A stretch of DNA of 11,303 nt, taken from the NCBI GenBank assembly GCA_041640455.1, contig JBEQAF010000069.1, positions 1-11,303 on the forward strand, written 5' to 3'. A model generated the notes under the pieces. It was not told where the DNA came from, made no database searches, and saw only the letters and a list, made by a program, of their open reading frames with translations. The position numbers were made by a program, and so were the translations under genes. How positions within the stretch are numbered: position 1 is the stretch's first letter; every line of letters starts with the position of its first letter. Positions 6,319 to 11,303 of this stretch are shown here, in pieces. The stretch comes from a bacterium. GTDB taxonomy: Bacteria; CALINM01.

Positions 6319-7675
6319 TATTGCCTCCCAGCTCTTTATTAAAAATAGCCTTTAACTCATTCTGCCACTTTTCGATGGTTTTTTGATCTTTACATTCAAT
6401 CATAATCCTTAACTTGGGTTCTGTACCAGAATATCTAATAAAAAGCCGCCCTTTTTTCTCCTTTATCTCCCTCTCTGCCTGTGTTAATAATGTTTTTATA
6501 CTCTCAATCTGTGTATAATCCCTTTTCTCCCTCACAGGGATATTGAAAAGCACCTGAGGATAGGGATCAATAATATTAGCAAAATGAGATAGAGGCTTCC
6601 CCTCCTTAATTATACATGCAAGTATGCACAGGGCGGCAACCACACCATCCCCGGTGGTGGTAAAATCAGTAAGCACTATATGCCCTGACTGCTCTCCACC
6701 AAGATTAAGACTGTTTTTCCTCAGAAAATCAACTACATATCGATCTCCCACATCAACCCTTACCAGTTTTCCACCCAGTATTTCCAAATAATCTTCGAGA
6801 GCCACGTTACTCATGTGAGTGACCACAAGGGTTTTTTCTTTCAGTCTTTCTTCCTTTAACATGGCGGTAGCAAGAATTGCAAGTATTTTGTCTCCATTTA
6901 GGATTTCTCCTCTCTCATCACAAAAAATAACCCTGTCGCCATCTCCATCTAAGGATATGCCTAAATCTGCCCCTTCTTCTTTCACATGTTTGCTTAAATG
7001 GGCTGGATATAGGGCACCGCAATCCTTGTTAATATTTTCCCCATCTGGATTGATACCTACGGCTATAACCTTTGCACCAAGCTCTTCAAAGACCTTGGGG
7101 GCTATTTTGTAAAAGGCGCCGTTTGCACAGTCAACAACAATCTTTATATTGTCCAGAGAAAGCTCTCTCGGGAAGATGGTCTTTAAAAAGCTCAGATATC
7201 TACCCGATGCATCATCAATTCTATAAGCCTTCCCCAGCTGATTATGAGTTGGTCTAATGTTATCAATCTCAGTGCCCAGAATCAGTTCCTCTATCCTATC
7301 TTCAACCTCGTCGGAGAGCTTAAACCCATCTCTGCCAAATATCTTTATACCATTGTCATAAAAGGGGTTATGGGAAGCCGATATCACTATACCCGCATCA
7401 GCCCTTATACTTTGCGTAAGAAAGGCAATCCCAGGAGTAGGGATCGGGCCGGTCAGCACACAGTCCACACCCATAGAGCAGATACCAGCAGTTATTGCAG
7501 ACTCAATTATATATCCAGAGATTCTGGTATCCTTCCCCACCAATATTTTATGCCTCTTCTGTCCGTCTCTAAATATGTATCCACAAGCTCTCCCCACTCT
7601 GAGAGCAATTTCTGGTGTCATTGGATACTGATTTGCCAATCCCCTTATGCCATCTGTTCCAAACAGTTTGCCCAT
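6311..7675 (-). CDS. glmM: phosphoglucosamine mutase
   Basis: Motifs LFGTDGIRG, GKDTRISG, active-site ISASHNP, metal loop DGDGDR, GGEQSGH and RYSGTEP. SD AGGAG upstream. Confidence 0.97.
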   Translation of the reverse strand: MGKLFGTDGIRGLANQYPMTPEIALRVGRACGYIFRDGQKRHKILVGKDTRISGYIIESAITAGICSMGVDCVLTGPIPTPGIAFLTQSIRADAGIVISASHNPFYDNGIKIFGRDGFKLSDEVEDRIEELILGTEIDNIRPTHNQLGKAYRIDDASGRYLSFLKTIFPRELSLDNIKIVVDCANGAFYKIAPKVFEELGAKVIAVGINPDGENINKDCGALYPAHLSKHVKEEGADLGISLDGDGDRVIFCDERGEILNGDKILAILATAMLKEERLKEKTLVVTHMSNVALEDYLEILGGKLVRVDVGDRYVVDFLRKNSLNLGGEQSGHIVLTDFTTTGDGVVAALCILACIIKEGKPLSHFANIIDPYPQVLFNIPVREKRDYTQIESIKTLLTQAEREIKEKKGRLFIRYSGTEPKLRIMIECKDQKTIEKWQNELKAIFNKELGGNNG

Positions 7676-7684
7676 ATGATTCTC

Positions 7685-8281
7685 CTAATAGACTTTTATC
7701 TTTACTTTTTCTGGCTCAACCTTTAAATTTTCAGAAGGCTGCTTTATGTTAATATAAAAGGTGCCTGGCTTGTCTGCTGAAAAGTTCTCTGTGTTAACGC
7801 TATCAACTGAGGATAGAGATTTCCTCTCTCCCTTTATTTTTACATAGTCAGGCTCTATGGCTATCTTTCTATTCCCTGTATATTCTGCATTAACTTTTAC
7901 CTTTTTTTCTGCATATTTTAACAGATGGATCTGAATTTTAGCAGGCTGAATCTTAATAATCTCCACATTTCTTGGAAGGTTAAGTAGATTTTCATTTATC
8001 TCAATAATGTGTCTACCCTCCCTGTAGTTTTTAAGGTTTAGATCCACCTTAAGATCATTCTTTGTAAGTCTCTTTAAAAGATTTTTGGGAGCTCTAACCC
8101 AGACAGAGATGTCAGAGGTTGAACTGTTATCGATATAATGGTTCTCAGGCAGATTGGAAAACATAAGATAGTATTTTATACTCGTTTCCGAAATATCCTG
8201 CCCCTGCACAAAGAACCATAGCAGAATAGCTAAGATTATAGACAAAATTTTTAACTGCAGATTACTAACCAGCCAGTTCAT
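7685..8281 (-). CDS. cdaR: CdaR / YbbR-like diadenylate cyclase regulator (short form)
   Basis: N-terminal membrane anchor KILSIILAILLWFFV, typical of YbbR proteins, followed by beta-rich repeats ending IQPAKIQIHL and VEPEKVKIKV. Located between cdaA and glmM. Confidence 0.85.
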   Translation of the reverse strand: MNWLVSNLQLKILSIILAILLWFFVQGQDISETSIKYYLMFSNLPENHYIDNSSTSDISVWVRAPKNLLKRLTKNDLKVDLNLKNYREGRHIIEINENLLNLPRNVEIIKIQPAKIQIHLLKYAEKKVKVNAEYTGNRKIAIEPDYVKIKGERKSLSSVDSVNTENFSADKPGTFYINIKQPSENLKVEPEKVKIKVY

Positions 8282-9053
8282 CTTTTTCCTTTTTCTTTTT
8301 TCCGAAAAGCAGTTTTAAAAGTAGCCTTTCTAAGGTACCATCATCAATATTCATGGTAATCTTACCATTAACAGCAAGAGATACATTACCAGTCTCCTCT
8401 GATACAATTAGACATACACAGTCTGTCTCTTCTGTTACCCCTATTGCCGCTCTGTGTCTTGTACCAAGGCTCTTTGATAGATTCCCCGATGATGTGAGAG
8501 GCAGAAAACAGCCTGCGGCTTTTATAACTCCGTCAGCGATTATCACGGCACCGTCATGGAGTGGGGTAGCAGGATGAAATATGGACAGAAGTAACTCCTT
8601 TGAAACATTGGCATTAAGCAGAGTTGCATCTTCCATATACTCTTTAAGATCATCCTCTCTCTGAAATACTATTAAGGCACCCATTTTACTAAAAGACATG
8701 GCATGGGTAGTTTTTATAATCTCATCAACAAACTCTATGTTTTTGGCTGACTTTGAGGTTTTTGCGAGGGCGCCTCTTCCCATAACAAGAAATCCCCTTC
8801 TAATTTCTGGATAAAATAAAATCACAATTATCAGAAACAGGGAGGAGATAAAATTGTTTAACAGCCAGTTTAGAGTTATAAGTTCAAAAAAGCCTGTTAT
8901 AAAAGATGTAAAAAAAATAAATAAAGACAGGGAGATAAGTATCTTTAGTGTTTTGGTGCCTTTTAAAAATATAAGAATCCGATAGATAATAAAGGACATT
9001 ACTGATATATCAAGGGCATCCTGACATCTTATCTGATATAAAATATTTTTCAT
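8265..9053 (-). CDS. cdaA: membrane-bound diadenylate cyclase CdaA (DacA)
   Basis: Three N-terminal hydrophobic segments, FYPEIRR, and catalytic motifs TPLHDGAV (DGA) and LGTRHRAA (RHR), plus VSEETG. Confidence 0.96.
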   Translation of the reverse strand: MKNILYQIRCQDALDISVMSFIIYRILIFLKGTKTLKILISLSLFIFFTSFITGFFELITLNWLLNNFISSLFLIIVILFYPEIRRGFLVMGRGALAKTSKSAKNIEFVDEIIKTTHAMSFSKMGALIVFQREDDLKEYMEDATLLNANVSKELLLSIFHPATPLHDGAVIIADGVIKAAGCFLPLTSSGNLSKSLGTRHRAAIGVTEETDCVCLIVSEETGNVSLAVNGKITMNIDDGTLERLLLKLLFGKKKKEKDELAG

Positions 9054-9064
9054 ATAATGCCTTT

Positions 9065-9094
9065 ATTTTATTTTTTCAGAAGCAAAAAGAGCAA
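9065..9094 (-). promoter_or_regulatory. possible internal sigma70-type promoter upstream of cdaA
   Basis: Minus-strand TTGCTC (9094-9089), an 18-bp spacer and TAAAAT (9070-9065), in the only sizeable gap (45 nt) of the ftsH-tsaE run. Confidence 0.4.
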
Positions 9095-9098
9095 AAAA

Positions 9099-10310
9099 CT
9101 AAAAAAAGGAAGAAGCCCTTATCTCATCGCTGACTAAAACTATATCCCTTGCCATCTCAACATTATGAACCCTTACTATGCTGGCTCCGTTTGCAATGGC
9201 GATGGCAACTGTAGCCATAGTGCCAAGATCCCTTTCTAAGGCATCCTTCCCGAGTATATTACCTATGAAAGACTTTCTTGAACTGCCTACAAGTACAGGC
9301 AATCCCAGCACCTTAAACTCATTAAGTCTGTTTAAGATAAAAAGATTATGTTCGTAACTCTTACCAAAGCCAATTCCTGGATCTATGACAAGCCTCTCTT
9401 TTTCTACGCCTGCATTGAGAGCTCTGTCAACTGATTCTCTTAAATAGCCCAGCAGCTCTTTCATAAAATCCTGATAATCCAGATTTTTCTGCATCTCATG
9501 AGGTCTACCCCTTGTATGCATAACTATAAGCCCTGCCCCATATCTGGCAACTATATGGGCTAACTGGTCATCAAAATGCAAACCGCTTATATCATTAATT
9601 ATATCAGCTCCCACATCAAGTGTAGTTTTTGCAACTTCACTTTTATAGGTATCCACAGACACCAGTATATCTGGGAAACGCTTTTTCACCGCCTTAACTA
9701 TAGGCAAAATCCTTTTTATTTCTTCCTCTGCTGGCACAGGCTCTGCTCCAGGTCTTGTGGATTCACCACCGATATCAATGATATGAGCTCCGCTTTTTAC
9801 TAACCTTTCAACCTGATTCAGCGCATCCTCTTCTTTAAAAAAACTGCCTCCGTCAGAGAAAGAATCTGGTGTTACATTAACGATACCCATAATAAGCGTT
9901 TTTTTGCCCAGTTCAATAATTTTATCCCTGACCTTCCATTCAAAGCTGCTCTTTTCCAGATTTGAAAGTATCTCCTTTATCTCTACCGAAAGCCTTTTCA
10001 TGGAAAAGGGCTGAAGAAGAAGCTTTTTACATAGCAGATGCATCTGTTTGATAGTCCCCATAAGCAGCACATCTGTCCTATCGCATCTGTTAACAAGTAC
10101 ATCTCTCGAAACAGCCGCATCTCCACCGATGGCAAGCATCTCCTGCTTGAGTATGTGAGCCTGGGGAACTTTCAGGTCATGTATCTTCAGATTGACCGTC
10201 ATGGTTTTTCTAAACATTGCCGCCACACCACCTCTGTCTGATCCAACTCGGTCAATATGGTATCTTGCTTCCTTTTCTGATTTAATATCTACCAGTCTTA
10301 TATTAAACAA
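9099..10310 (-). CDS. folP: dihydropteroate synthase with a ~120-aa N-terminal extension
   Basis: The DHPS domain starts at about residue 138: [49 protein letters not shown] and RVHNV. TTG start with SD GAGGAG, overlapping the ftsH stop. Confidence 0.96.
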   Translation of the reverse strand: MFNIRLVDIKSEKEARYHIDRVGSDRGGVAAMFRKTMTVNLKIHDLKVPQAHILKQEMLAIGGDAAVSRDVLVNRCDRTDVLLMGTIKQMHLLCKKLLLQPFSMKRLSVEIKEILSNLEKSSFEWKVRDKIIELGKKTLIMGIVNVTPDSFSDGGSFFKEEDALNQVERLVKSGAHIIDIGGESTRPGAEPVPAEEEIKRILPIVKAVKKRFPDILVSVDTYKSEVAKTTLDVGADIINDISGLHFDDQLAHIVARYGAGLIVMHTRGRPHEMQKNLDYQDFMKELLGYLRESVDRALNAGVEKERLVIDPGIGFGKSYEHNLFILNRLNEFKVLGLPVLVGSSRKSFIGNILGKDALERDLGTMATVAIAIANGASIVRVHNVEMARDIVLVSDEIRASSFF

Positions 10311-11303
10311 CTTTGGTCTCCTCTATTATCTTATCAACCTCTCTGCCGTCTATGGTCTCCTTTTCAAGAAGAGTAACCACCAGCTTCTCAAGGGCTTCTC
10401 TCTTTTCAATAATAATATTTTTTGCTCTTTCATAACAACTGGTGACTATATGCTTTATCTCGTTATCAATATCTATAGCCGTTTTTTCGCTATAATTTTT
10501 GTGCTCGGCAAAATCCCTGCCCAGAAATATGTGTTCCCCTCTTTTACCAAAAGCCAGCGGACCAAGCTTCTCACTCATCCCCCATTCACATACCATCTTT
10601 CTTGCCAGCTCTGTGGCTCTTTCAATATCATTACCTGCACCTGTGGTCATCTTGTTTAACGCTATCTCCTCAGCTGCCCTTCCCCCCAGAAGCATGGTTA
10701 GATTGTCTATCAGGTAATCTCTTGTATAATTGTGTTTGTCATCGATAGGTAGAAGCTGGGTAAGCCCGAGTGCCATCCCTCTCGGTATTATAGAGACCTT
10801 ATGAACCGGATCTGCATTGGGAACAGACTTAGCAACAAGCGCATGTCCCGCCTCATGATAGGCAACAACCCGCTTTTCCTCTTCCGATATGACCATGCTC
10901 TTTCTTTCAGTGCCCATCATTACTTTGTCTTTTGCCTTTTCAAAGGTTGCCATATCAACGGTTTCTCTATTCATCCTTGCCGCCAGTAGTGCCGCTTCAT
11001 TAACCATATTTGCCAGATCGGCACCAGAAAAACCAGGTGTTCCCCTTGCCAGAAGTTCAAGATTCACATCCTCTGCGAGGGGCAGTTTTGATGTATGAAC
11101 TTTAAGTATCTCCTCTCTCCCCTTCACATCTGGTTTTGGAACTACAACCTGTCTATCAAATCTTCCTGGTCTTAAAAGTGCAGGATCAAGGATATCAGGT
11201 CTGTTTGTTGCTGCTACCACAATTATCCCATTGTTGGGATCAAAACCATCCATCTCAACAAGAAGCTGGTTGAGTGTCTGCTCCCTTTCATCATGCCCGC
11301 CAC
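10303..11303 (-). CDS. ftsH: ATP-dependent zinc metalloprotease FtsH, 3' part; start lies beyond the right edge
   Basis: The frame is open from the edge ([20 protein letters not shown]). It carries the [32 protein letters not shown], the zinc motif [13 protein letters not shown] and TGAGND. Confidence 0.98.
   Translation of the reverse strand, partial: GGHDEREQTLNQLLVEMDGFDPNNGIIVVAATNRPDILDPALLRPGRFDRQVVVPKPDVKGREEILKVHTSKLPLAEDVNLELLARGTPGFSGADLANMVNEAALLAARMNRETVDMATFEKAKDKVMMGTERKSMVISEEEKRVVAYHEAGHALVAKSVPNADPVHKVSIIPRGMALGLTQLLPIDDKHNYTRDYLIDNLTMLLGGRAAEEIALNKMTTGAGNDIERATELARKMVCEWGMSEKLGPLAFGKRGEHIFLGRDFAEHKNYSEKTAIDIDNEIKHIVTSCYERAKNIIIEKREALEKLVVTLLEKETIDGREVDKIIEETKVV

Noticed and set aside
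6639..6661. GC-rich imperfect hairpin ACCACACCATCCCCGGTGGTGGT
   Set aside because: It lies inside glmM, encodes the conserved TTGDGVV segment, and has no convincing terminator context.
7244..7726. 160-aa plus-strand ORF, plus 6819-7112, 7072-7257, 4019-4354 and the 5703-6120 ORFs
   Set aside because: They are antisense to the conserved genes glmM, nnr and pdxJ, with no family motifs.
9053..9058. Perfect plus-strand TATAAT pointing antisense into folP
   Set aside because: It has no credible -35 at 16-18 bp, and such a hexamer is expected by chance in AT-rich DNA.
10192..10659. 155-aa plus-strand ORF across the folP/ftsH junction, and other short plus-strand ORFs from 9576 to 11098
   Set aside because: They are antisense shadows of ftsH and folP with no independent coding evidence.
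1..11303. Mobile elements, CRISPR arrays, tRNA/rRNA, defence genes, programmed frameshifts at A/T homopolymers
   Set aside because: The window is almost entirely covered by intact housekeeping frames. I saw no repeat arrays, transposase or integrase motifs, or broken frames by eye. A Rfam and repeat scan would be the formal check.

Overview
AT-rich bacterial core-chromosome segment with no mobile element, CRISPR array or RNA gene that I can detect. Most of the window (2812-11303) is one tightly coupled minus-strand run: ftsH (3' part), folP (with an N-terminal extension), cdaA/dacA, cdaR (YbbR), glmM, pdxJ, acpS, nnr (NnrE-NnrD fusion), a CBS-pair protein and tsaE. This order matches, from recall, the cluster in Desulfobacterota/deltaproteobacteria-like anaerobes. 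The run meets a single plus-strand trxB tail-to-tail on a shared TTAA. trxB is divergent from prmA, rsmE and a DEDD 3'-5' exonuclease gene that runs off the left edge. I found two genes by hand that the ORF track lacks: acpS (5223-5585), which seems to need a non-canonical CTG start, and the exonuclease (<1-297). The best leads are the CTG-initiated acpS, a FolP resembling the Helicobacter bifunctional dihydropteroate synthase/reductase, a CBS protein that may be a c-di-AMP/adenylate sensor, and an RsmE with several altered motifs. I see no clear evidence for a wholly new system here.
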